NCBI RefSeq assembly: GCF_000150275.1
Contig: NW_002060952.1
Coordinates: 518,482-582,481 of the forward strand
Source: Trichoplax adhaerens
Taxonomy: Eukaryota; Animalia; Placozoa
DNA length: 64,000 nucleotides
Reading direction: 5' to 3'
Shown here: piece by piece, positions 1-13,400 of the stretch
Layout: each line of letters starts with the position of its first letter
Numbering within the stretch: position 1 is the stretch's first letter
Notes under the pieces: generated by a model
What the model saw: the letters and a program-made list of their open reading frames with translations, nothing else
Databases searched by the model: none
What the model was told of the DNA's origin: nothing
Translations under genes and position numbers: made by a program

Positions 1-260
1 CTACTTTATATCACTCCTTTTCTATGAGCTTGTACCTTACTCCCAATAGTAACAATCTATTTATTATCGCCATTGCGTTCTAATGAAACATTGCCCACAG
101 ATGAATTATCGACCGTAGTATGCATTTCAATCTTTACACTTAATGTCGCACGAATTAGGCTTGTATCATTGTTAAGTATTAATAATGTGCTATGCTGTGG
201 CATATTAGTTAATCGGATTACTTAAAAGTTGTGATCATTCTTCACGTTTGTACATTACAG

Positions 261-1392
261 GTACCAAATTTGGCGCTGTACTTGATATGCTGACAGATAG
301 GTACGCCCTACTACACAGTATACAGTATGCTATTATATAGAACGAATAGGATTACTACATAGAAACTACCCTATGTAAAGGATGATAATTATCACTGTAT
401 TGCTTACTCATATACACGTATCTCTCAATGGGCCAATAAAGATATAGTAGATATTTCTTATGACAAGTTATTTTCTTTGTCAGATGTTGCACTGTTTGCT
501 TAATGGTGGTATTGGCAAAATTTTACGAAGACTATTACTTGATGTTTCAATTCTTGATTGCCCTTGATATTACCAGTCATTGGTTTCATATGTACAGGTA
601 ACATACGTAATGCAATATCCAATGTAGTTCTGTAGGAGGGACAACGATCGAATTCTTACTAAATGAACCTCCTATTATAATTATTTAATTGATCCCACAC
701 TGCTGCATACATATTATTAAACACTACTAACTGTAATATGTTCTCTACTTACAGTTCCTTCCTTAAAGGCAGTAGCAGTCATAAACATATCGATTTATCT
801 GGAAATCCTTTGTTGAGATTATATTATACATCCAGAGTAAGTAAATTTCTGTGTATTTAAAGCACTTTAATATTTGAATACATTGATTCTAATCTAATTT
901 TTTTTCAATAGCCTGTTTTATTCTTTATGTGTGCTGGAAACGAGTTTTTCTTCGCGATGTTGTATCTACTCCACTTTGAAGAAGGGCCCGCAGGTAAAAG
1001 TCACCCAAGACCATAAAATACTTAATTATAAGCTTTCATTCCACACCAGTGGCATTATACGAATATTTTGAAATGTGTATTTCGTATACCTGCTCATGTC
1101 TGTAATCTTTTAGTTTATTTTTATTTCGCAATACGAATGTAATTAAAGGAGCTTAAAGAATTTCTTAGTATAGAAAATATATTCGATAATCTTATGTACG
1201 TATGATGTTGATCCATTTTAATTTTTAGTCAACTATGGCAGCACTTCAATCGGGTTATGGAAACTCATTGCTTGGATCTCCCTTCCAGTGTGTATTTTAA
1301 AGCAATTAATTAGTATTGTCCATCTCATCACTGCATCCCAGAATATTGCTAATGCCGATTTAGCGGAAAGGGAAACACCTAAAAAGCAGTAA
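261..1392 (+). CDS. CDIPT: CDP-diacylglycerol--inositol 3-phosphatidyltransferase (PI synthase), 3' exons; 5' end lies upstream of the window
   Basis: Exons ~261-300, 484-597, 755-836, 912-993 and 1229-1392 splice at GT-AG. They give TKFGAVLDMLTDR-CCTVCLMV...LDITSHWFHMYS...GSSSHKHIDLSGNPLLRLYYTSRPVLFFMCAGNEFFF..., ending at TAA 1390-1392. This includes the CDP-alcohol phosphotransferase motif and PIS-specific motifs. Confidence 0.95.
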
Positions 1393-2756
1393 TTGTTGAA
1401 AGCGGTGTAAAATATGTTGTTTAGCAAGATATTTTAGACATAAACGCAATTTATGAAAATTTTATAGCTAGATCTATTATTTGATCTTAAAGACTACAGA
1501 TATAAATTAATCTTTCTTAACTTAATTTAAAATCCAAAGTTTTATTACGTGCCTGCGGTAACGTTATTAGATCTAGACCCTTTCTTCTTATAATGATTGT
1601 AAATGGATAATAAATAATGGGCATTTTGTCGAGCTATAACGAGCCAAATAGTATTTAAGTCTAAATGGTTGGCACAAACACAAAGAGTGATGTACCTTTT
1701 TTTAATGACGCAATCGAACTTTTCTCTGTTAAGTTAAGATTCCTTAGTCTTATCACTGTCTTGTATTAAGAGTAAGAACTAATTATTTAATTATCTCTAA
1801 AGGTGTTCTGTAACATATATAATGTTATAAATTGAGTAATAAATATTCATTTCAGGACTTAGTCATCAAATGTATTTTTTATGATCAATTATTGGAGTTT
1901 AGTATTTTGAGGCTTCACGGTACAAGTTCCAAAATTTTAAATTTTCTGATCAATACGCGTATTGATCTTAGGAAATACAGTAGACAGAAAAAAATAATAT
2001 TATAACCGATTGATTAGTCATGTCGCTTTCTTAACCATAAGGGAACGTGAATCGGAATAAACCAGTATGAACATGCTCTAATCCGAATCGTTGTACTCTC
2101 CAAGTGCATAGAATTTCCGCTTACACCACATACTGCGATAGTCGGTTGTTGCCGTATACCAGAAATTATACAGTAGGCCTGGATTGCATGTTGTCAATAG
2201 AAATTATATTATAATTATTAAAATGCGGCCGGGGGGTGTTCCGAGTGTTTGTATCTATGAAATGATACTATGATACAGTAGCATCAGACATGATACTCAG
2301 GGCTACTAAGGAAACACTAAAATCATACAAAGCTATTATTACGAATCCCAAGTATTTTCACTTAAGTGTAATGTTTTCATTAACACCAGTTTAAGTAGCA
2401 CCAATGATACAATTAAAGTCAGTCCTAAACTAAACCAGCAACGATACAAGGAGCAGCAATAATGCACACTTTGTGAACATGACTGGACATCGGCTCTACT
2501 TGTGAGAGTAAATCGATGTGTGAGTATAATATTGTCCTTTACAGATAAATTCACAGTAGCTATTTATTACAGTTTGACTTTATTGTACTACCAATGGCTA
2601 TAATTTACAAATTTAATGGCGCCAAACGATAACTACCTAAAATATTTGATTTAAAGTGACTAGATTAATCAAAATGGAAGTCCAGCGCACAAAAATAACG
2701 AAACTTTGCAAAATGTTGATCATAGTGCATTAACGCAACTTGTTCGCAATTCTCTT

Positions 2757-5700
2757 CTAGGAGGAGTAGGACATTGTCTCCTGTCGCGCAATACCGTAGT
2801 TGTAAGAGATAAACAGTCGCTTGCATAGCTCTTTATCGTATTTATCATCGTGATTTAAATTGTCGGAAAATTTGTCGAATTTATCAAAAAATCTTTCGCA
2901 AGAGATGGAACTTGCAGGAATACTAAAAATATTTCTAGCCACCTTTCGAAGAGTAGGGCAGCTTGTACACGAACTCCAGTATTTCATTATATCATACTGC
3001 AAGTCATTAGCCACTACTGGCTTAGGTGTTTCAATATATTCAAGCAATTCTTCTTTAACTCCCTTAACTTGTTTTAAATTCTGGCCAAAAAAGTATTTAG
3101 CTAAATTAAGACCTGACATACTACTTTGTGTTTGCTGCTTGACAAGCGGTTTATTCGCCTCAATGTTGTCACCACTAATGCCTTCTTGTTCTTGCGAAGA
3201 CCTGATATCGGAAGTCTTCGGATTATCAATTTGCCGCATCATATCCAAGACATTATCGTGTAAAGTATCCCTCTTCAATTTATCTAGCCATGGAGTATCT
3301 TTTGTTAAAGGATTCAAAAAAGCAGCAACTTTATGCAAATTTTGAATAATAAAGTGTCGCTGTAGTTGTACCATTAACTCTTTGCGAATGGCTGCTTGTA
3401 GGTTACTATCTGGATTAGACTGCACATCATAACTTTCCATCAGAGATAAATATATTGGCCAAACGTAATGTAATGTTGAACACCTCTCATCTTTAACTAA
3501 CTCAATTGCCTCCATCAATGGACTAAACATATCGACAACTTCCTACATTTTTCAAAAATGCATAAAAAAATTGACTACCAAATTTATAAATGCATTAAGT
3601 TCTGAGATCTGATTATATACCTTCAATTCTTCTTTAGTTCTATTTGTATGGAATAAGCATACTAATTGAACGTCGTCTGTTTGATTACTGGTGAGCTCTT
3701 TAGCGGCTTGAATCACTTCTTCAAAAGTGTCAATAATTGATAGCAGCATTACCGACAATGTACTAGGATCGGAAGGGTTATATTGTCTTAGCTTTCTCTA
3801 AAGCAAGAAAATAATAATATATGTCAGCTATTTTGTATACTACTGGAGTACTAACGCAATACATTCATCTGTATAAGCAACTTATACGTTAAATATTACA
3901 TAAATATTTAATTGCCGCTCATCCACTTTTAGCAAATTAATGACAGCTGTGCACTGATTTACGATCTCTTCCAAAGCCGTAATATTTTTGATGGTATTAC
4001 TTATCATTAACTTGATAACATGAAAATAGCTATTTAAGCCTTCTATACGTGATGTTTCAGGCTATAAGTAAGAAATAATAGTATGAAAGTGAAAAATATA
4101 GTAAACGTTAGTAACATTAATCACCTACGATTACATCAGTATAGTATAAAATTTAAAGCATCATTACGATTAAACTGGAATCGCTTGTGATCATGTAAAG
4201 TCCATTTGCCGTTGACAGTTTAAAACTTTCCAATGTTGCGTTGATCTCATTTAAAATATGTTGCGGTGAATTATCCTTAAATTAAAGATCAATTTGGAAA
4301 CCAGATACTGTTATTATTTTATCATTGAAAGAACAGTAGTACGCTATACACAAGGTATCTACAGTATATTGTAGAAATACCTGGACCAAAAATGAGTGTA
4401 GATTGACAGTGCGAACATTAAAAGATTTGTTGACCATATGTAGCATTATGCAAAGAAAAACTTTATCACCACTTCCAGTCCACTTTTCAATGGAAACTGT
4501 ATTTGATTTGGACTCAGCAGAGAGCACCTTGATTTGAGATATCAATGTAGTATGTAATTCTGAGAGAGCTGCATTAATGTGACGTTCATGCGGTAAGTAA
4601 CATGATACATCAAACTTGCCATGTCCTGCAGCTTCATTAACTAAAGCTATAATAGATGATTAAGTAGATAAGATAAGTCAATGTAGAGAGATGTTAACAT
4701 TTGACGTGCCATAAATATATCTACTACTACAAAATGAAATGTATTATCAATTATTACAGTGCGTACTACGCTAACAATATTAGTTCGTACCTTGAGAAAA
4801 GCGTATGAAACCTTCACCATGAATAGTTGAAAAAGGGATTGAATCTGTTAGAAAAAGCTGTCGTATACAACACAAAAATAGATAAAGTGCTGTTAAAACA
4901 GAAGTGAAAAGACTTTAAAGATTTATCCACGAATGTATACTTACGTTCATACTTGCATAAAGAAGATTTTTACGAATGTCTGATTTCGATGTAAAAATTG
5001 AAGAGGGAACTTTGATGTCACCTGCTAAAGGTTTACTTTTCTTGGATATTTGCATTTTCATAAGCGGAGATTTCGATACTAAAATAAAAATGTAAACAAG
5101 TTTATTAATTTTAACATTTCATGACCGCGATGTATAAAATATAGACTAATTACTTATTGTCTTTCTTCTTTTGGGATCTTTAGTCGACGGACTTCCTTTC
5201 GTAGGCCTGCTGTTGTCAGTATCGCATATCTCTATATGTTTTTGTAGGTTAGATGTTGTACCTTGTCCGTATGCTAAGAGTTTCTCGCAACCCTGGCACA
5301 CCACATAATTATCAACTATTGTGTCGCCAACAGAAATACGGCAAACCCCGGACCATACTTTCGATCTGTAGCCTTCTTGACGTATATATATTGCTGAACC
5401 ATCCTCTAAAGCCTTTAATAGTGCTTGCTTATCTAGTGGTGTTCTACTAGATCGTCTACGTTTCTTGATATCAAAAGACGAATTTTGACCTAATATTTGG
5501 TAGTGATTGATACCCGAAAGTAAGACTTAATTTATTATAATTTCTCGAATCCTATGAAACTTTCATAATGATCGATGATGCTACTTTGTTACATGTGAAC
5601 TAGCCATATAGTAAGGATTGAAACGGAATTGCGTGTTATAGACGATGTTATAATTACGTGAGAAGCATTATTATAATTTACTTAGAATTGATATAATAGT

Positions 5701-5972
5701 AGTGCATACAGTAATAAATAAATAATAATATTGCAGATCCAACATACTGGCAATAAGCTTATCCGAAATTAAAATTACTTATTACTTCCATACTAATAAG
5801 TGCCTTGGTATTTAATAAATGAATTAAATAGGAATTAGTAAATTAGCTGCAAAATAACGCTCAGTATTTGCTTAACGTTGTAGCTTACACATATATACCA
5901 TAGGTAATTTAAATTAAAACCATATCACTTACACTGATCAACTAGTATTGGTGAATTGCTCTCCTCTGCCAT
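2757..5972 (-). CDS. Domesticated hAT (Hermes/Ac-like) transposase-derived protein: BED zinc finger, degenerate DDE core and hAT C-terminal dimerisation domain (ZBED/DREF-like), ~9 exons
   Basis: ATG 5972 (MAEESNSPILVDQ). Exon ~5489-5156 encodes YRSKVWSGV...YVVCQGCEKLLAYGQGTTSNLQKHIEIC (BED finger). Middle exons give TVSIEKWT, YMITSDSS, LNSYFHVIKL and KLRQYNPSDPST. The last exon 3542-2757 gives DIMKYWSSC..CPTLRKVARNIFSIPASSISCERFF. Junctions I checked are GT-AG and frame-consistent. Confidence 0.88.
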
Positions 5973-7320
5973 CGTAATTATTATAGCAAAATTGTTGATT
6001 ATATTGTTGGAATCTTCATAGCATACAGCGGTATTATTATAAGATAATTAATCAGGATAAATAAAAAGTAATACAGTAGTTAGTATACATAGTCAGAACA
6101 GATCAGATTTGTATTTATATGCTATAACATATCATAAAATATAATTATTTACTTGATACGATAACATCTATAATTCGTAGTCAGTTTAGACATACAAATT
6201 TCCGAATACAGTAATGCAAGTTTTGCAGTACCAATTGCAGTATTTAGGTATACGTTGAAATTGCTTATCTCGATTTGTCAAATAAAAGCGATTACTCATG
6301 ATGTGCACAAATATACACTTGTATTTACGAATAGGATGTACAGCTGTAACTAGAATAATACACGTATCATTTGTAGTCTATAACGCCAGCATAACTCAGT
6401 GTTATAGCAAAAGACTGCATTCATGTAGCACTTGAAAGTGGACAGAAATTATTGCACACTATCCATAGCTATATGCAAATACGAAACGTTAGTAGTATAA
6501 TACTGCATATTAGTCTTTGGTATATGTACTTGATCGGTAATACTGTAATTTGTGCTCAAACAACAAGCATCGTGACGAATGAGCTCCTTAATGTAACATA
6601 TTGAGAAATCTTGCAATACTACATGCATCATCTTCGTATAATAGTCTCAAGTCCAATAATAATAATAATGGTATTTTGAGGGCCAAACAGCACCTATACA
6701 CGAAGTATTACAAGTGGGATAATCTACCTACTAGTTTATTGTAATTGTAGTGGAATATAAAAGTCTTCCATAGCTGCAAAATTGAAGTTCTCAGTATAAC
6801 AATGAGTATGTACAGAGATTCGCCCATCAGTTCATCATTAATTTATCAAATCAACCATCATTTATTTAAAATAATCATGACTAATCAATAACTATACTGC
6901 AGCTTATCGAATAGGAAGGGTATCGTAGAGCAAGAATTTTTTAATCTCACCACAGAATAAAACATTTTCATATTCTTCATGATTGAATTTGTAATCCTTA
7001 CATGTACATTGAACAAGATGAAGACTTTTATGCCGCGTTAGGATTATATCCAGACTCTTGATCAGTTACTAAATAATTACGAACTCATTCATCCAACGAA
7101 CTACTGTATTGTGTTGTATCATTACAATAATAATAATGCTAATGATAATTATTCAATTTAGGGAAAATTATTAAAATAGAAGATCAATTTTTATCAATTT
7201 TAATATAAGCGTACTGTATATGTACACTAAGAGTACTGTAGAGTAGAGTAGAGAGCAGTGAATTCAATTCCTGTCAAGATCAAATGCTTTAATGAATTCT
7301 CCAGTCTATCATTGCGACCG

Positions 7321-8266
7321 TAGAGTAAGTCACAGTAAAATAACTTTGTTTCATATCAAGATAAAATGTGCAAATTGTTAAGTCTATCATTTTCTTGTAT
7401 CTTACTAGACCGAATCGGCTTATTTCTGTATTTGGAGCACCTTTATTCAGTAGTAGAGTAAATTGGAATTTCGCCATTTCCTATCGACATTATGAAATAT
7501 TTTCCAGTAGCAACATTACTCCCTGGAAAGTACACGAAGCGCTCGCATAATATAAACAATAATTATTTCATCTTGTCTTTGCCTATCCTCGATGGCATAT
7601 CTAATGACTGCTTAACAGCATTCTCAGTTGTCGACAATTTGTGTTGATTCTACAGTACAGTATCATCGTATGTAAATAACTTTGTTTCATATCAAGATAA
7701 AATAAGCCAATGGTTAAGTCTATCAGCATTCTCAGTTGTCGACAATTTGTGTTGATGCTACAGTACAGTATCATCGTATGTACGACAGGCTATTTAGAGT
7801 AAGCCACAGTAAAATAACTTTGTTTCATATCAAGATAAAATGTACCAATTGTTAAGTCTATCATTCCCTTTTATCTTGCTAGACCGAATCGGCTTATTTC
7901 TGTACTTGGAGCACCTTTACTCAGTAGTAGAGTAAATTGGAATTTCGCCATTTCCTATCAACATCATGAAATATTTTCCAGTAGCAACATTACTCCCTGG
8001 AAAGTACACGAAGCGCTCGCATAATATAAACAATAATTATTTCATCTTGTCTTTGCCTATCCTCGATGGCATATCTAATGACTGCTTAACAGCATTCTCA
8101 GTTGTCGACAATTTGTGTTGATTCTACAGTACAGTATCATCGTATGTAAATAACTTTGTTTCATATCAAGATAAAATAAGCCAATGGTTAAGTCTATCAG
8201 CATTCTCAGTTGTCGACAATTTGTGTTGATTCTACAGTACAGAATCATCGTATGTACGACAGGCTA
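7321..8266. repeat. 474-bp tandem duplication with nested internal sub-repeats
   Basis: 7321-7794 matches 7795-8266 at a constant 474 offset with few substitutions. TAACTTTGTTTCATATCAAGATAAAA and CAGCATTCTCAGTTGTCGACAATTTGTGTTG... each occur 4 times. Confidence 0.95.
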
Positions 8267-8751
8267 ATTTGGTCGACTCGATTCAATCATCTATCCGACA
8301 CTCGATTTTCAAGATTTTCACGGCGTTTCTCTGCTGTATCAGCACGATTTTCACGCCAATTGACACTTGCTACTATTTCTGAATCTCTTTCTTACTGTAT
8401 ATCAAATTATCAATCGGTTAATCCAAAACAATTTGCAGAACATCAGTAGTCCTACCTCCCCAAAAAGTTGTAATTTGCTTTGGCTTAATCTCGGTTCGGA
8501 TTCGGATCGGATTTTTCACCACCACAACTGCATAGCGTCTGGCCAAAATTGGCCTACAAATACGATAGATCCAACTTGGCAAGGGATTACAACCACACGC
8601 CTGCTCCTGCTTACGTTATGCACTGGCAGAGTCGGCCAGTGTATCATGCACTTGCGGCCTACAGTACATCCGGCACAGGGCAGTAGTGTACTCTACAGTA
8701 CTGTGTACTGTAGAGTACCACAATGCAATAGAGACTGAACGTACAGTAGAG

Positions 8752-9074
8752 TACTGCAAAGGATGCCAAACTTGATACTAAACTTGATGCCAAACTGGAT
8801 ACTAAACTTGATGCCAAACTTGTCGAATTTGGTGTTGAAATTATGTTTTCATAGAACTCTATAACGTATAGTGCAGTACTGTAAAAAGGATGCCAAACTT
8901 ATCTAATTTGGTGTTGAAATTGTGTTTTCATAGAACTCTATAACGTATAGTATAGCACTGCAAAGGATGCCAAACTTGATGCCAAACTTGATGCCAAACT
9001 TGATGCCAAACTTGATCCCAAACTTGATCCCAAACTTACCTAATTTGGTGTTGAAATTGTGTTTTCATAGAACT
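8752..9074. repeat. Compound minisatellite: 3 units of (GATGCCAAACTT)n plus a ~60-bp tail
   Basis: The 12-mer occurs 5, 1 and 6 times in the three units. Each run is followed by ...AATTTGGTGTTGAAATTRTGTTTTCATAGAACT. Confidence 0.93.
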
Positions 9075-10484
9075 TCAATCGTCGTCGATTTTTCATCAGA
9101 CACCCTGCACTGCAGTACAAAATGGCCGTTTTTCCTCCAAATAACAGCACTGACTGATATCAAACCAATTTTTCACTACTTGACTACGTTTAGGATCTTA
9201 AATTAACGTATAGACACATTTACTAATCTTTGAGTCAATTGGATGGATAGAAATGGTTGTAGAGAGAGCAATCAACTTTCATTCATACTTTTACGAACAT
9301 ATCTGATAGGAATAGAAATGTTGCTAGCAGTACTGTAATCTTTTACCGAAGGACATGACAAAATTCAACGAAGATCCTAACAAAATGAGTTTCACGCATG
9401 CAAATAGTTGAAAGACACTAGTAGGCAAAAACGCATCAAACATCCATGCAATCTAAAGTCTAGATACAGTCACAAACTTGACAAGGTTGGGGAAGTCGCC
9501 TGTTAATGGTCCATTTCGAAGTTGCTTCTACCCAAATGGAATTAAACAATTTGGGGAAGTGGTTCAACAGTTTTGAATTAAATCTTTCCAGCCAATGACA
9601 TACTAATAGACAATTCGCTTTCCCTTTCGAACATCCGAATATGGTTTATTGCAAGCCAGTGATTACGTCAGTTACTACATCATACATTCAATGGTTCAGA
9701 TCATAACCTGCTGTGATACATTTCATTATAATGGATTGAATGATAGCACATCAAATCTCTTAATGTATATCTAAGGCGTATTATAAGCCTTTCCTCCAGA
9801 TCTGAAGCAGTTCTTGAAGTGTAGATAGAGCCCTACGACCCCGCTAGGTCTGGCTACTTTTTGACTGATAACGTAATAAAATTCAAAATAGGGCTTCATT
9901 GAAAGTACATTAAAAAATACAATGATTATAATTATCATAGTCAATTTACAAGTGTCGGCACCCATCAGCACTTTCAATTTCTGGTAATTAAAATCTCACT
10001 ATCTTTGCTATCAAGAGTGTATTCTCAGTTAGCTAACTAATAATAATAACAAATGGCAGCATTTTACAATACATTTTCTTAATAATTGACAATTTATATT
10101 CTGTGAAATAGGTTAGGATACTATAGACATTTGATAAGTTGGAGCTAAATAAGGAGCTCTAAGTAATTTACGAATTGAAATAGCTATTTCTAGATGAGGA
10201 ACAAACCAATCGACAATACTAATAACAATTAATATGACAATATAGACCAGGCTTCAACTAAGGATATGCTTTATAAACTAAATTACTGATTGCAATATGC
10301 AATTAATACCGCAGTTGGCTCATAAGGTACAACAATTGAGAACGAATAGACAAGAATAGTCTAGGGTATCAAATCCCCCAACATAGAAGCCACCGAAGTT
10401 GCTGTATCAGTGTTAGTATTAAATTCTCCAGATAGCCAATGATTACCAAGATTAAAGCTCAAGTACTCTAACAATCTGTATCAT

Positions 10485-13400
10485 TTATTTTTCAACAGTT
10501 CCACGAAGACCGTCCTTATGCCGTCGCTGATTAGTACAAAATTAAGGTAGAGTATCTTATTAAAGTTTCCTATTTTCCTAATTGAATGCCATAAAGTATT
10601 TAATAGCAGAAATTAGCACGTACCTCATTCAGTTCATCTTTTATTTTACTTTCTAATTCTCTTATATCCTCCATAGTCATGCCATACCATTCATCAAGTG
10701 TGCAGAATAACTGGCGGTTAAAGTTAAGGAAAAGTCGCCTTTCAGCCTAAAGCACAAGTACAATCAAGCAAAATATTAAAATCTTACTGTACCATCTTTC
10801 AGGACAACACTTTAAAAAACTAACCTTTAAGGTAAAGCTTTCGACACGAGTCTGCAATCCCCACCATACAAACTCAATAGTCACAAGCTTATAGGCACAC
10901 ATATATGGGTTAATATTTTTCTATTACAGAACAAAAAATAACACCATGAATCGTTGCCTTTGTAATACGCGAATGCAATATCCATTCTATATCAGAAATA
11001 CCTGCCAATCACCAGTTAATAGGCCCCTACCAGTTTTAGTAGATTTAAACTTCGAAGGGTCTTCATTTGGATTATAATTCTGTAAATAATGCCATTTTAA
11101 GAAATAGTAGTTACACTTACTAATCTATGCCATTATTAATACATCCATATAATATAGCGTAATCTATACCGAGACAGGATCATTTCCAATGTCAATATGA
11201 ACAACGTCACGTTTAGCAAGTAGATCAGGGGGTAAGTTATGGACCTAACGAGTACGAGTAGAAATCATTACTAAGATGTTATTACCTAAGCGATAAGTAA
11301 CTCGCCTTAAAGATTAAGTATCAACATTATCTTAAAAGGAAGATTTACAACTACGTTTATAAACTGTATATTTACGAATACATAAGTTGTATCTCGACAC
11401 ACACATTAGCTATTTCGCCTTTATCAGGCTTATGCCAAGTTTCAATTTTTAAAACGAAACCTTTTTTCATGTATTCCGGATTCTAATTGTACCGTTAACA
11501 AAAAAGTAAGATCCATTTAATTAAAATTTCAATTACTATATTTGTGAATAAAGGAAAGTACATATAATAGTAAATAAGAAAAAGAATCCATTACAGCGTA
11601 CCGTTATGACTAAATGACAACAATATTTTCCGTTTCGCAGCCATAAGAATTTTCGAAATTTGAGGTAAAATTATTACCATATTAGAATTATCTACAGAAA
11701 GATCGATAAACTTGATATAATCTATTAGAAATATACAACATACTTGTTCTACAGTAAGGATAAGCATTCCAGGCTTTCTCATGCATCTCCATAGAGCCTC
11801 GAGGAGCTAACATTTGAATAAATCTAGGTACTTTTCTAAAGTAGATGGAAAGAATATATCGCAAAGTAACCAAAATTAGTAGTCAAATTTCCGAGATGAT
11901 GCCAACACTTATACTTTTTCATTTAACCATAATACTTCACTATCCAATGTTATAAAGTACCATAGACAATGTTTTGCAAATTTATACGTAGGTATAAGCG
12001 CAAACTTGTGATTTAATCAACGCTTTACAAAATTTTTAATATTCAATTAGAGTACAGTGTATAATGCTTCATTGTAGATAGTGTCTTGAGTTCTACCACA
12101 CCGATAATTATAATCACAACCATGATAGTTATCAGTTTACTGGAAAACTCAATATGTTTTTGCATACTTATCCCACCAAACAGTTTGTAAGAAAGCTAAA
12201 ACTGTTGGTTCTACAATTTGTATGCTATCGAGTGTTGGCGTTGCTATTGCTTAATAACAGATTTATCGTAATCTGAATATGCTCTTGCAATATAGAACCA
12301 GTAATATAGAATCTTATTTGCACTATACGCGTATCATAGGCAATCTATATACGTAACTATAGTATACTACTTGTACGGTATTGGTTAACTTAGTTCTGAC
12401 AAATATTGTATAACTACCAAAGAATAATTGAATTAACAATTTACAGCGTGTATCAGAGACTGTTTCGAGTAACTGCTGGGTAAATTAAAGTAGACGACGG
12501 TTTGCAACTAATTATTAAGAGATTATGTGTAGCCTACAATCCTCCATGTAGAGCAAATCTAGTAATCATTGTCCGTTTTCGTTTATCTACATTGTATAAT
12601 CTGCATAACTACGCACAATATAAAGTAGATCGTTCTACAGTAATATAAATGCATGTAACGATACAAAGGGTAAACAGTAAGGATCACAAAATAAACCATT
12701 CAATTTTTCAATTGATGTATAGAAGACATGTCGTAGGAAGACAAGCATGCTAATAAACAATAATTATGCCATTATTTTTAAGTTGTATTATTTACTAAAA
12801 AAGAAGACAACTAGCGTTAAGCTACGATTGCTAATTCTGAGTTTAGATGAAACTCTGCAAAATATAAACGGCAACACTCTATATGATATGGACAAGTCGA
12901 TTACAACTTTCTTGGCTATACCAGCACTCAATATTTTATCATTTTTATAATGAAGTAATTAATTAACTTGGTCCTTATTAACACGACAAACTATACAGTA
13001 CAATCATTTTAACATAGCTGTACTATATAGTCAATTAGCAATAGGATATTCTATTCGTATATAGCGGTAGTTGAAATATTGAAGAAAATGAACTAAGCGG
13101 CCATTTAATGAGTCGAAAGACAGACACTGTACCATAACACGACCAAACACTGGCTACGGACGTATGTAGTCTATTGATATGGTCAACTCCTAACCATACA
13201 AGCTTCAATAACTATATACAATACTGTACTACAGTGTACAGTAGATACGGACTGTAGACTGTGGAGTACTGTAATGTACTGTAGAGGTAAAAAGTTTTTC
13301 TTTCTTTCTACTTCTATGGCTGGATAGGCTGTAAATTGTGCTAAGTCTGTAATCTGCTTTGGAAATAATGCTACTATACTGTAGTAATAGAGTAAAGTCA

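Noticed and set aside
2860-3345. 161-aa plus-strand ORF
   Set aside because: It is the antisense shadow of the hAT gene's last exon, with no independent motif.
2757-5972. Active autonomous hAT transposon
   Set aside because: It has ~8 introns, degenerate catalytic motifs and no visible TIRs or TSDs.
8967-9206. MPNL-repeat ORF
   Set aside because: It is a translation of the 12-bp minisatellite.
11610-11691. Alternative upstream acceptor extending the PITP microexon to 90 nt
   Set aside because: It would leave a 52-nt intron and shift the frame.
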